Shown here piece after piece: positions 1-9,571 of a DNA stretch of 64,000 bases. The position numbers and the translations under genes are program-made. The notes under the pieces were generated by a model. The model saw only the letters and a list, made by a program, of their open reading frames with translations, was not told the origin of the DNA and ran no database searches. The first letter of the stretch is position 1, and every line of letters starts with the position of its first letter. The DNA is from an uncultured Methylomirabilota bacterium. GTDB lineage: Bacteria; Methylomirabilota; Methylomirabilia; Methylomirabilales; 2-02-FULL-66-22. The stretch lies in assembly GCA_963705305.1 (NCBI GenBank), contig OY970067.1, positions 960,001 through 1,024,000 on the forward strand, given 5' to 3'.

Positions 1-169
1 ACCCCTCCGCCTCCACTGTCCGCGCCCGCGGCATTGCCTGGCCCATGAGGAGCCCAGCGGCGGCCAGTACCACGACCGCAATCCCCGCCCCCCGCAACCT
101 CCGGTTCTGCCGCTCCACCTTCTCCAGGCGGGCCACCACTGCCGCCAGTGCCCCTTCATACGCGCTCAT
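1..169 (-). CDS. Hypothetical protein, N-terminal part only (coiled coil + TM/signal segment); runs off the window
   Basis: Read manually: ATG at 169, MSAYEGALAAVVARLEKVERQNRRLRGAGIAVVVLAAAGLLMGQAMP..., GAGGGG upstream, no stop before base 1. Confidence 0.7.
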   Translation of the reverse strand, partial: MSAYEGALAAVVARLEKVERQNRRLRGAGIAVVVLAAAGLLMGQAMPRARTVEAEG

Positions 170-183
170 GGCCGTGCCCCTCT

Positions 184-531
184 CTATTGAAAGATGAACA
201 GAAAGAGCGACACCACTAAGACGGTAAGGCACCCATAGATAATGATTTGCTGGGTCTCCTCGTCTAAGCTCCGCTGGCGCTGGCCGCCAAAGAAGAAGCC
301 GCCCGTTGCCGCAGAGAGTCCCACGACGAGAACGAGAACAAGCATCAGCACGAGGTAGGAAAGGAGCCAGGACCAGAGGAGAGCTCCGATCCCGTCAGTC
401 CAAGGCGTCTTCCCGTCGTGGCGAACCTCATACACGAAAGACATGACCAACGCGGTCCCAAACAGCAAGCAGTTCCGCTTCACCCGCCGGGAGAACTTCC
501 TTTTCGAGCCTGGCGCTTGCATGACGCTCAT
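184..531 (-). CDS. Small membrane protein (about 3 TM)
   Basis: Three hydrophobic stretches; ATG at 531 overlaps the stop of the upstream ORF (ATGA coupling). Confidence 0.6.
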   Translation of the reverse strand: MSVMQAPGSKRKFSRRVKRNCLLFGTALVMSFVYEVRHDGKTPWTDGIGALLWSWLLSYLVLMLVLVLVVGLSAATGGFFFGGQRQRSLDEETQQIIIYGCLTVLVVSLFLFIFQ

Positions 532-716
532 TGCTGCGCCGTCCCCCGTCGCAACCCCTGCACCCGTGCCAGCGTCCGCGTGAGGGCCTCCTCCACCTGG
601 GCAAGCTCCGCCGCCCGGCTTGCCTGCCAGGCGGCCTTGCGACACTTGGTCGAGCAGAACCGACCCCGGCTATTCTTCGGCTCAAAATCGGCCTCACAAC
701 GTTCGCACCTTGCCAA
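528..716 (-). CDS. Small Zn-finger protein (CxxC...FCSxxC), phage/mobile-element type
   Basis: CERC and FCSTKC followed by an amphipathic helix; TTG start; coupled to the next gene. Confidence 0.6.
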   Translation of the reverse strand: MARCERCEADFEPKNSRGRFCSTKCRKAAWQASRAAELAQVEEALTRTLARVQGLRRGTAQQ

Positions 717-1069
717 TGGCTACTCCCCTACTCCTTTTCCGTTCTGACGCAATCTCGGCCACAAAAAGGCCGCCAGGACGGCAAGGCAGGGGCATTCTGA
801 GACCGCCTCAGCCTGCACGATAGTCCGCCTTGCCGACCATTTTGTCCAGGGGCGATCTCCTCCCGGCGGTTGGGGGGGATGGGGGCCCTCAGTCGAGGAG
901 CGATTGAAGACAATGTCGGGCATTGCTACCCCCGTCGGCGGTCAGGCTGTCCAGGGGGTATCCCCAGTGCGGATGAATCGGGCTTGCTTGGCTGCCGACA
1001 TTTGCCCAAAGGGTCGCAGCAGCACGGAGGGTTCTGCAGTGAGATAAGGTGGGGGCCAGCAGGGCACTG

Positions 1070-1264
1070 TCAGGATGACCCCTGCCGGGGTCCCTGGACT
1101 TTCGCTGCCGTCTGCCACAGCCGCTTGATCTCCTGCAGCACCTCAGCCCGCCGGAGGACCCCGCGGCGTTCCAGGACGTTCAGCAGCGCCTCGAACTCGA
1201 ACGCCTGGGCCAGGACGACTTCTTCCAGGGGCACCGCACTCCCACGTTCCATTGGCGTGGCCAT
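1070..1264 (-). CDS. Small hypothetical protein
   Basis: MATPMERGSAVPLEEVVLAQAFEFEALLNVLERRGVLRRAEVLQEIKRL; GAGG RBS upstream; helical composition. Confidence 0.55.
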   Translation of the reverse strand: MATPMERGSAVPLEEVVLAQAFEFEALLNVLERRGVLRRAEVLQEIKRLWQTAAKVQGPRQGSS

Positions 1265-1468
1265 GGGCAACCTCTTCTCGTGATCCCGGCACGGGCGGGC
1301 TACGGCATCAGAAGCTAATGGGTCTTTAGTTCGAGTCCTGTATGGCTCCCCGGGCAGGGCGAATCTGATGCTATGAAAGCGCTGCGCCTCCTGAGCACTG
1401 CAGCGTATGCTGCGGTCGACCCGGGAGGGGGTGCGGGCGGGGTCCCCGCTGAGAGGAGGCGCGCTGCC

Positions 1469-2544
1469 ATGGAGTACATCGCGTTCGATGCCCACAAGCG
1501 GTACACCCAGGTCTCGGTGGAGACGGAGGACGGCCAGCGCCGGTACGAGGGCCGGATCGACCACGTCCGGGGCGCCCTGCAGCAATTCCTCGCGACCCGC
1601 GAGCGGGGTTCGCCGGTGGCGGTCGAGACCGTCGGCACCTGGGACTGGATCGTGGACGAGATCGAAGCGGCCGGCCAGGTCCCGCAGCTGGTCCACGCGC
1701 GCAAGGCGAAGCTCCTGCGCGGCCTGGGGACCAAGACCGACACGCTCGACGCGCGGGGGCGGACCCGGCTGCAGCGGGCCGGGACGCTCCCCACGGTGTG
1801 GATCCCGCCCGGCCCCCTCCGGGATCAGCGGGATCTCCCCCGCACCCGCATGGTCCTCACCCGGGAGCGCACCCGGCTCAAGAATCGGATCCACGCCACC
1901 CTGGCCAAGGACCGGCCTGCGCCTGGAGGGGACGAGCGATCTCTTCGGGCGCCGCGGGCGCCAGTGGCTCCTCACCACCGCCCTCCCCCTGCTGGCGCCG
2001 CACAGTCGGGACCGCCACGGAGCGCCTCCTGGAGCAGCTGGACGTCGTGTCGGCCCAGATCGAGGGCTTCGAGCCGCGCCGGCGCGCGGTCTTTGCGCCC
2101 ACCCCGGAGCTCCAGCTCCTCCGGACGCTCCCCGGGGTCGGGTGGGTGCTGGCCGTGGTCCTCCGCCTGGAGATCGGCGACATCCGCCGCTTCCCGCGCG
2201 CGGCGCAGCTCGCCGCCTATGCCGGCACCACGCCGCGCGTGCACGCCAGCGGGGGCCGCGTCCACTACGGCCAGCTCCGGGTGGACATCACTCGCTACCT
2301 CAAGTGGGCCTTCGTCGAGGCGGCGAGTCCCACCGACCGCACGCGCCCCGCCCGGCCGCACCGCCACGTCCGTTGCCTCTATACGCGCATCCAGCAGCGG
2401 AAGGGGCACGCGACGGCAATCGGCGCGGTCGCGCGCCACTTGGCGGAAGCCACCTATTGGATCCTGACCAAGCGGGAACCGGACCCGCGACCCGGCGGCC
2501 CGCCCGGCGTCGTCCACGGAGGGACCAGCGCGAAGTGCCCATGA
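1469..2544 (+). pseudogene. IS110 transposase (DEDD recombinase), frameshifted
   Basis: [35 protein letters not shown] motifs split over three frames (shifts near 1910 and 2003). Confidence 0.9.
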
Positions 2545-2630
2545 GCGGGAGACGCTCGGAATCTGATTGCGACGTCCCTCCGGGACACCATCATGCCGCG
2601 ATGACGGCGAAGATATGGTTCCGATGACAC
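2520..2630 (+). ncRNA. Putative bridge RNA/seekRNA of IS110 copy 1 (boundaries approximate)
   Basis: AGTGCCCAT 2534-2542 = revcomp of right flank 2800-2808; GAGCG/CGCTC hairpin; GAATCTGAT 2559-2567 = left flank+core 1361-1369. Confidence 0.75.
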
Positions 2631-2924
2631 CGGCACCCGAGGCCCGCAACCCGTAGGGAGGGAGACCGAACCACCCACAACCGCGCGCGGGATCGTCCGC
2701 CGGCCCTGCGCCCCACCTTCGGGCGCGCTGGGCCGAGAGGGGGTTGTGTATCTTCCGATCGGCACTTTATTTGTATTGCCCGGAGCAGCGCTTTCAGATA
2801 TGGGCACTGGGAGGATAGGATTTCGGTGGAGTGAAAGCTAGCCCCGCGATTCAGCCGCGCCGGTTTGCGTGGAGGTCATTGTAGGCTTTGGCTGCGAGTG
2901 CATGTGACGCAGTGTCCGGAGAGT

Positions 2925-3869
2925 TCACGTCGCCGGGTTCCTGCCGATGTACGCGGGTTTGGTTGGCTTCCTTGAGGAGGCGGTCAGCCGCAGCGTGCCA
3001 TACCCTCTCTTCAGAGATAGCTCGCAGTGTTGTCTCGATGCCAGCTTGGAGAATTTCCTCATCTTCTTTCGCCACGCCGGAGCCGCGTAGAGCTTCGCGC
3101 CGATGTAGTGGAATTCGCTCTGAGTCCTGAAAAAGAACCCCGGTTCTCCAGTTAGGCTTGCATAAGGCAGTGTGCTGACGTCGTCAAAGTCCAGCATGAG
3201 GAGATGTTGTTCGGCGTACTGGTTGACTTTGCTATTCAGGCCAAGGACGTAGTCTCTCGCTTCCGAAACGGAGAGGCGCTCACGCGTTTTGATAGCACCG
3301 CTAAGCATGTCGCGGAGGGTGATGTCGGTTATTCGCCCTTTGGGCACCCAGAATGTCAGGCGCGTGTGGTGGTAGTACGACTTTGGGCAGTACACATCAA
3401 AAGAGAAATCACGAATCCGCGGATTGTCCGCGACAAGAAGGTCGAGAATGTGGGCGGTCGAAACGGGGGGAATCTCTTTCCACGCTCTCTCGATGAACAT
3501 CCGAACAAAAGAGATGTGTCTTTGAACGTCCCGCAGGTACGTTGGAACGTACTCGCCATAGTCGGCCTTCTCGCGTTGCTTGTACAGCACACTGAGTAGG
3601 CGACCGTACCGGGGCGGGAAGCCTCGGCGCGTTATCCATTCCTTGCCAAATTGGCCCCTAATGGCGTCGTGGTTCTTTGCGCTGTTTCCGACCAAGCGCA
3701 GCATGGCCACGGCGACATGATGGACGGTGTAGTACAACCGGTTCACAGCTCCGAGACGGGTCTGGCCGCTCGGTGCAAGGGCCTCGGCTTCCGCCAGCGT
3801 GTCAAGCGCCTTCGCCATCCACCAGTGCGCGTGTTCCAGCGATTTGGAGTTGTAGGGCCGTCGCTTCAT
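2925..3869 (-). CDS. HEPN (UPF0332-like) domain fused to a C-terminal AEP/primase-like domain
   Basis: N-term AVNRLYY..H, KNH, REKADY; C-term HLLMLDFD, SEFHYIG, GYGTLRL; lower GC than surroundings. Confidence 0.75.
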   Translation of the reverse strand: MKRRPYNSKSLEHAHWWMAKALDTLAEAEALAPSGQTRLGAVNRLYYTVHHVAVAMLRLVGNSAKNHDAIRGQFGKEWITRRGFPPRYGRLLSVLYKQREKADYGEYVPTYLRDVQRHISFVRMFIERAWKEIPPVSTAHILDLLVADNPRIRDFSFDVYCPKSYYHHTRLTFWVPKGRITDITLRDMLSGAIKTRERLSVSEARDYVLGLNSKVNQYAEQHLLMLDFDDVSTLPYASLTGEPGFFFRTQSEFHYIGAKLYAAPAWRKKMRKFSKLASRQHCELSLKRGYGTLRLTASSRKPTKPAYIGRNPAT

Positions 3870-3958
3870 TTCGGCATCTCCGCGAGAGTCGGCCTTGCTC
3901 GTTATTAGTGCATAGGAGTCCCTGAGCCGCCGGAGGAGAAAGGAAGAAATACTGCGGG

Positions 3959-3987
3959 AGCGTATCGAGGGGGTCGCGGGGTGTCAA
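3959..3987 (-). promoter_or_regulatory. Sigma-70 promoter for the HEPN fusion gene
   Basis: TTGACA-N17-TACGCT on minus strand about 90 nt before the ATG. Confidence 0.6.
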
Positions 3988-4275
3988 TCACATCCGCCCC
4001 CGTTGCAGTAACACGGGGGGCTACGGATACAAGACCGGGGAGGGGGGAGGTCCGGTCCGAGAAAAGGCAGAGTCCCAAGCCAGGGGTGGATCATCGCATC
4101 TTCCCCATCCCTCTTCCCTCTGTACGAATCATAATCATTCAGAAGCACTGGAACCAGGCCGTGCTTCCTGCTATGCTACGCCGGCATTCAGACCATCCAA
4201 TCCACCTGGGCGGCGAGGCACCACGGGCTGCCATCCATCCCACACACCCCGTTGTTGGAGGGAGGAGACACATCC

Positions 4276-4545
4276 ATGCCAACGAATCTCACCGCCACCC
4301 TACGGAAAGCCCTGGCTGAACTGGTAACCGAACAGGCCCGCTTGGACCGGCAGATTGCAGGGATTCGGCAGATTCTCGCAGGAGATGAGCGAGGGCCAGT
4401 TCGGCGTGTCCCCCCCAAGCGGCGAGCCACGGGACGGAAGCCGATGAGTGCCAAGGCCCGGAAGGCGCTGAGCCGGCGGATGAAGGCGTACTGGGCGAAG
4501 CGGAGGGCGGCGGGGATGATGGGCAGCGAGAAGAAAGGCAGGTAG
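4276..4545 (+). CDS. Small basic protein (coiled coil + R/K-rich tail), possible nucleic-acid binder
   Basis: GGAGGAG RBS; MSAKARKALSRRMKAYWAKRR motif. Confidence 0.7.
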   Translation: MPTNLTATLRKALAELVTEQARLDRQIAGIRQILAGDERGPVRRVPPKRRATGRKPMSAKARKALSRRMKAYWAKRRAAGMMGSEKKGR

Positions 4546-4582
4546 CTCGAAACGTCGATTTACACTGGATTGGAGGATTGCC

Positions 4583-5080
4583 ATGAAGAAAGTGAACGAA
4601 TTTGACATCGCCCCACGGATCATGAAGCGCATCGAGGACGGAGCGTTTCTGACCGTCGCGGCTAAAGACCGGCTGAATGTGATGACCATCGGGTGGGGCC
4701 TCGTCGGGGTTCTCTGGCAGCGATCGGTCTTTATGGTCGCCGTGCGCAAGAACCGTCATACCTTCGGGCTGATGGAGGCTGCCGAGAGCTTTACGGTAAG
4801 CGTGCCGACGAAAGACATGCACAAGGAACTTGAATTTTGCGGCTCGATGTCCGGCCGGACGGTCGACAAGCTCAAGGAGTGCAAGCTCGCCACCCGGAAA
4901 GCCCAGAAGGTCAGTTCCCCGGTTTTGGCCATCCCGGGCTACCATTACGAGTGCCAACGTTTGTACAAGAGCGCCCTGGACCCAAAGATGCTGGACAAGG
5001 ATCTCGGTGAGCTCTATCCGAAAAAGGACTACCACACCCTCTATTTTGGGGAGATCGTTGCCTGCTACCAGACCGAATAA
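4583..5080 (+). CDS. Flavin reductase family protein (flavoredoxin-like)
   Basis: NVMTIGWG, AVRKNRHT, FCGSMSGR..DK, HTLYFGEI; GGAGG RBS. Confidence 0.9.
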   Translation: MKKVNEFDIAPRIMKRIEDGAFLTVAAKDRLNVMTIGWGLVGVLWQRSVFMVAVRKNRHTFGLMEAAESFTVSVPTKDMHKELEFCGSMSGRTVDKLKECKLATRKAQKVSSPVLAIPGYHYECQRLYKSALDPKMLDKDLGELYPKKDYHTLYFGEIVACYQTE

Positions 5081-5147
5081 CTCACCCTGCCATTCTCGTA
5101 TTTGGAAGAGTGAGGGGCCTGAGGGGCCACGGAGGAGAAGTGCGGCG

Positions 5148-5450
5148 GTGAAACACGAGGAACGGATCCGCCACGTGGTAATCACCCTCTCAGCCCTGGT
5201 GTTTATCGGGATGCTCCTCCCGGTCTGGAGCCTCGATTACCTGGCCCCCACACCGGGCACGAGCTACTGCGTCCTGTGCCTCGCGGAGACGTTCGGCATG
5301 GCCACGGCCGCGGGATACGTGGACATTGCCAGAGCCCTCCGGCGTGTCGGCACGTACCAGCCAGATCGATACGACACCTTTCAGGGCAAGTGCGTGACGC
5401 ATACCGGACCGAGGGGGGCCGGGACGTTCTGGGTGATTTGCGCACGGTAG
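5148..5450 (+). CDS. Hypothetical exported/membrane protein
   Basis: GGAGGAG RBS, GTG start, N-terminal hydrophobic segment, 4 Cys. Confidence 0.5.
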   Translation: MKHEERIRHVVITLSALVFIGMLLPVWSLDYLAPTPGTSYCVLCLAETFGMATAAGYVDIARALRRVGTYQPDRYDTFQGKCVTHTGPRGAGTFWVICAR

Positions 5451-5531
5451 CGGAGAGCGGAATCCCCAACAGCCCCGGAGTGCCTGTGCAGGATTGGATC
5501 GGTCGGGTGGAGCAGGTGTGAGGAGGCCATC

Positions 5532-5696
5532 ATGCCGACATACGATTTTCGCTGCCGTGCCTGCAAGAGAACGTTCTCTATGACGATGGGCATTACGGCG
5601 CGGGGGCGCAAGCGGATCAAATGCCCGAAGTGCGCGTCGCAGAAAGTCGAGCCGGTGTTCTCCCCGTTCTTTGCGAAGACCGCGCGCAAGGCGTAA
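5532..5696 (+). CDS. FmdB-family zinc-ribbon protein (absent from ORF track, 54 aa)
   Basis: AGGAGG RBS; MPTYDFRCRAC...CPKCAS...FFAKTARKA. Confidence 0.85.
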   Translation: MPTYDFRCRACKRTFSMTMGITARGRKRIKCPKCASQKVEPVFSPFFAKTARKA

Positions 5697-6424
5697 GGGC
5701 CGAGTGCCGTCGGGAACCTCGAGCCGCCCCGGCGGGTATTTCGGGTCCCCCGAGGCAGCGGGATCAGGGAGAGCACGAGAGCGCATCACACAGGCCGAAG
5801 GAGAAGTGCGGGCGGGCCGTGCGGGGGACCGCGCTCACCAGGCGGCCCGTGGTCCCCCGGTTCCTCCGCGCCGGCGCACCAGCGGATGCACCTCGACCCG
5901 AAACGCCTGAGCCGTCGCCCAGCGGGAATCTCTCCAGGCATCGGTCGTACGCCGCCAGCGCCCATTTTCCCGTACACGGCACCATCAGCGGTGAATGGTT
6001 CCCAGTAAGTACACCCTGTGTGCCGGGCCCCCGGCACCCCAACGGAGACATGGTTCTTCTCCTCAAGCCGTAGCGGGCTTTCCTCCAATCGAACCAGTCT
6101 GGTTGGGTCGACGATCGGCACAGCACCCCAAACGCCTCGCTCCTTCGGTGAGACCCCGTCCGACCGCATCTCGTTTCCATTCGGCACGCTCCTCAACTCG
6201 GCGGCCAGGGTTTCCTCAGGTATTTCTCAGGTGTTCTTGACAGGCCAAAGAGGCCGGGAGTACCCTTCGGACTGCTGTCCCCCCGTGACGACCGACGGGG
6301 GAGTCCCCATGGGATCAGCCAGGGACAGGGCGCTGGATCGAACTTGGCCAGGGTGACGTCGATTGTCGGGGATATCCACTGGATCGATGACTATGAGCTA
6401 TCGGGAACCAAAGGGAGGCGAGCC

Positions 6425-6787
6425 ATGAAGGTCGTAAAAATACACCAGGTCCCCGCCGAGCCCGGCAGCGGCACGCTGTTTACTGGACCCGTCACGCGCC
6501 AGCCGATCATCACCGGCGACATGAGCAAGCAGTTCATCGCGAGCCAGGTCAATTTCGGTAAAGGGGTCCGGAACAAGTTTCATGTCCACACCAGCGACCA
6601 GATACTCATTGTGACCTCAGGAAAGGGCATCTGTGCCACTGAAACGGAAGAGGTAACCGTCGGCCCGGGGGATATTATCCTGTTCCCGGCGGGGGAGAGG
6701 CACTGGCACGGAGCAACGACGGACTCCGTTTTTTCCCACATCTACGTGGCAGGCGTGGACAACAAGACGACCCAGGTTGAGAAGTAA
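6425..6787 (+). CDS. Cupin domain protein
   Basis: HVHTSDQILIV..G.G and GERHWHGA cupin motifs; GGGAGG RBS. Confidence 0.9.
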   Translation: MKVVKIHQVPAEPGSGTLFTGPVTRQPIITGDMSKQFIASQVNFGKGVRNKFHVHTSDQILIVTSGKGICATETEEVTVGPGDIILFPAGERHWHGATTDSVFSHIYVAGVDNKTTQVEK

Positions 6788-6958
6788 CGCCTCTCAAATC
6801 TTCCCTTGAGACGCGTATGTAAAGCGGGACGTTCGACTTCCCCGCCCGACTCGCGACGCTGCCGCGTGCTCGCCTGTCGCGAGGACGCCGGGAGTGTCCC
6901 GACGCGGCGTTCCGTACTCCGCAATCCAACCGAAGTGTGCCCCCTACCCAACGCATGT

Positions 6959-9571
6959 TCAGCGGTTCAACATTGCCTCGAGCTTCCGCTTCTCGGCGTT
7001 ATACTCCTGAACGTACCTCGCTCGCATCTTCTGGACTTCTCCGAGGTCCCTGGCGCGGTCCCCAAGCGAGTCGGCGATCTCGGCGTTTGTCTTGTAGATG
7101 TCGATATACTCGAAGCTCTTCATCTCGATTTTGATTGCCGAGAATGCCACTCCGGCGACCACCGACGATTTCGTTGCAACGTCCTCTGCATGAATCCATT
7201 CGGGGCTGTGTCCGATGCTCGGGCCGGGCCGCGGCGCAAACCCCTCTCCCTCCCGAACCCAATCCGGGCTGTTCGGCATCAAGTATTTTCGCACGGTGAT
7301 TGCGTCATCAGCGAGTTCTTGCGCAGTCTTGATCAAACGTTCCGGATCCGACGTGCCCTGCTTGGCTCTCTCGATTTCCTCGAGATACCCGCTCGCCAAT
7401 TCCTTGAGCTTTGCAAGATCCTCGACGGTCTCCAGGAAGTGCTCGGCGTTCCGCCGCTCTTGAGTCATCACCGGCGAATTTGCCCAATCGAGCTTGCGCA
7501 GATTCAGAAGCAGGGAAAAGGCGGTCTCTTTGGCTTCGTCGAGCAGCTCTTGTTTCTTCTGGTCGCTTTGGTCCTTCAGCCTGGTCAGTTCCTGCATAGC
7601 GCCCATCCGCTCTTTCGTTTGAGCGTTGATGATGCGGTCGTAATAACCGAGCATTTCCGCCTTTTGCCGGACCTTTTCAAGCTGGAGCAAGACTTCAACC
7701 GAGTCCGTCTTTTGCGAGAGCTCGCTTTGCCTCAGGCTCACGTATTGGAGCGCCTGCTGGCCTCCTCGGGCCGGGGCAACCCATCCCGGCAGATCGTGCA
7801 CCGGACTCGGCGGCTCGACGATCTTGAGGGTGCGGTACACCTCGCTCAGCTCGGCGTTGGGCTGTTTGAGCGACGGCACGGTCATGTTGACGACCGGTAC
7901 TTCTGGAAGGTCTCCCTTTCGCAGCGTCCACCAGTCTTCCACGCGCATATCGACGCCGCCCGCAGCGGTAATAATCGAGCCGACCGGCCCCGATTTGATC
8001 GCAATGGCCATGTGGATGACCCCCGGATACTCGACAGGAGGATTCCAAGACCCACGGCCTTCGGACGGAAACCGCAACGCGACGCCGCGCTTCTTGAGCC
8101 ACTCCGCAACGGCGATCGTCTTCATGGCTTCACGCATCTGCTGGAGGATCGGATATGCCCCTGCGATTTCATCATAGTGGGCGCTCAGCTCGTCGGCGTA
8201 TTCCTTCAGGAGCGGATCGGCGACGCTCCGACCACCTGAGTATTTTTCGAGATTGAACCTCATCTTGAAGGCGCTAAACCGCATCGCGTTGCCGTCCTGC
8301 GATTCAACGATTTCGATCGCGCCGGTAGAAATCCACGTGTGTCCTTGAGTCGCCGGAGCGCGGTCCTTGGTTCGCCGCCACTCGAAGTAGGTGCGATACT
8401 GCGGTACCGCCTTCTTCAGCTCGGGATTGTCGGGAAGTGATTTGCAGAAGACATCGGCCTCGAAGGCCGTGTGAGCCAAGAGGGACGTTGGGGGAAGCCC
8501 CGTGAACACGGGCCGGACCCGCGGCTCGACGCCGAGAATTTGCTTCATGATCGCCGGGGGAACATGGATTTCGGAGTACTTCCGGAAGAGCTCGTCGTAT
8601 GCGGTTTTGAGCCACGCCTTCTGGTTTGCCGGTGTCACGATCTGGGCGACTGCCTGGTTGAGGGCCTCATCGAAACCGTAGCCTCGTCCCCTCAACATTC
8701 GATATTGCTGAACATAGGCGTCCGCGTTCTGGCCGAACACCCCGGCCACGCCTCCGATGTAGAGCGGCATGGCCGTATCCATCAGTTGCGCCTGCGAGAT
8801 TTCACCCGCCCTATATCGCCGGGCAGCGTCCGCGATGGCATCGTAGATGCCCAGAACGCGCGTCAAATCCTCGAATTCCTGCCGGCCCGATTCCCCTCGA
8901 TTCAGAGCCTCGTCGCGTGCCCCGATCAACGCGATGGCCCGAGCTTCCTTCGTGCGGCCCAGGGCCGCGAAGACCTGGCTGTTGGCCTCGTAACGGGTCA
9001 TGCCCGCCCTGACCTGCGCCCCTCCCTGACTGAGCCACCATTCGCCGATGGGGGTCAGTCGTCCGTTCGAATCGAAGATATTCGCGAGCCTGTCAACCAA
9101 TTCGCTATCCGGCATCTGCAGGGCGCGATCTACCTGTCGCTCGGAGGCGGCTGTCCATTCCAGGCTGAATATCGGCGACTGGCTTTCCATGCCGGTTGCC
9201 AGATAATCGAGATAGGGAACCGGCAGGACGGCATTGCTGTTCTGCTTATGACCGAACAAGGAGACTGTGCCGGTCACGGGGTCAACCGTTGCCCCATCCA
9301 GCGAATCGAAATCAATGAGAGCTTGCAGGCTATAGACTCCCAATAACGGCTGCGTGATAGAGATGGTGGGGGTAGCCGCCCAGCCCGTCGCGGCGGGAGA
9401 AGGGCCGCTCTCCGGCCCCTGCGCAAATGGCCTCTTTTTCGCAAGTCGGCTTGGTCCAGCATCAAATGAACTCCCCGGACGCTTCATGGCCTGGCCGTCG
9501 AACTGCACACAGGCGCCCATGAAACCCACTGCCAGCAGCATGAGAGCCAATTGCATCGCAATCTTTCTCAT
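6959..9571 (-). CDS. Large putative lipoprotein, DUF1598-like core and C-terminal coiled coil
   Basis: 870-aa ORF; lipobox-like FMGA-C; GLPPTSLLAHTAFEADVFCKSL resembles DUF1598 (by eye); helical C-terminus. Confidence 0.7.
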   Translation of the reverse strand: MRKIAMQLALMLLAVGFMGACVQFDGQAMKRPGSSFDAGPSRLAKKRPFAQGPESGPSPAATGWAATPTISITQPLLGVYSLQALIDFDSLDGATVDPVTGTVSLFGHKQNSNAVLPVPYLDYLATGMESQSPIFSLEWTAASERQVDRALQMPDSELVDRLANIFDSNGRLTPIGEWWLSQGGAQVRAGMTRYEANSQVFAALGRTKEARAIALIGARDEALNRGESGRQEFEDLTRVLGIYDAIADAARRYRAGEISQAQLMDTAMPLYIGGVAGVFGQNADAYVQQYRMLRGRGYGFDEALNQAVAQIVTPANQKAWLKTAYDELFRKYSEIHVPPAIMKQILGVEPRVRPVFTGLPPTSLLAHTAFEADVFCKSLPDNPELKKAVPQYRTYFEWRRTKDRAPATQGHTWISTGAIEIVESQDGNAMRFSAFKMRFNLEKYSGGRSVADPLLKEYADELSAHYDEIAGAYPILQQMREAMKTIAVAEWLKKRGVALRFPSEGRGSWNPPVEYPGVIHMAIAIKSGPVGSIITAAGGVDMRVEDWWTLRKGDLPEVPVVNMTVPSLKQPNAELSEVYRTLKIVEPPSPVHDLPGWVAPARGGQQALQYVSLRQSELSQKTDSVEVLLQLEKVRQKAEMLGYYDRIINAQTKERMGAMQELTRLKDQSDQKKQELLDEAKETAFSLLLNLRKLDWANSPVMTQERRNAEHFLETVEDLAKLKELASGYLEEIERAKQGTSDPERLIKTAQELADDAITVRKYLMPNSPDWVREGEGFAPRPGPSIGHSPEWIHAEDVATKSSVVAGVAFSAIKIEMKSFEYIDIYKTNAEIADSLGDRARDLGEVQKMRARYVQEYNAEKRKLEAMLNR

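Larger units (their letters stand above)
1367..2799 (+). mobile_element. IS110-family element, IS1111-type (copy 1)
   Basis: Perfect 12-bp subterminal IR TGAAAGCGCTGC 1374-1385 / GCAGCGCTTTCA 2785-2796; shared GAT at 1367-1369 and 2797-2799; long 3' noncoding end. Confidence 0.85.

Noticed and set aside
2851..3075. 74-aa ORF overlapping the HEPN fusion 3' end as a possible antitoxin
   Set aside because: Two-thirds overlaps the main gene in another frame; no RBS or motif
5700..6400. ORFs or riboswitch in long intergenic gaps (also 10500-11070, 16500-16850)
   Set aside because: No recognisable protein motifs or riboswitch consensus
6806..8239. 477-aa plus-strand ORF
   Set aside because: Antisense shadow of the 870-aa lipoprotein; no motifs
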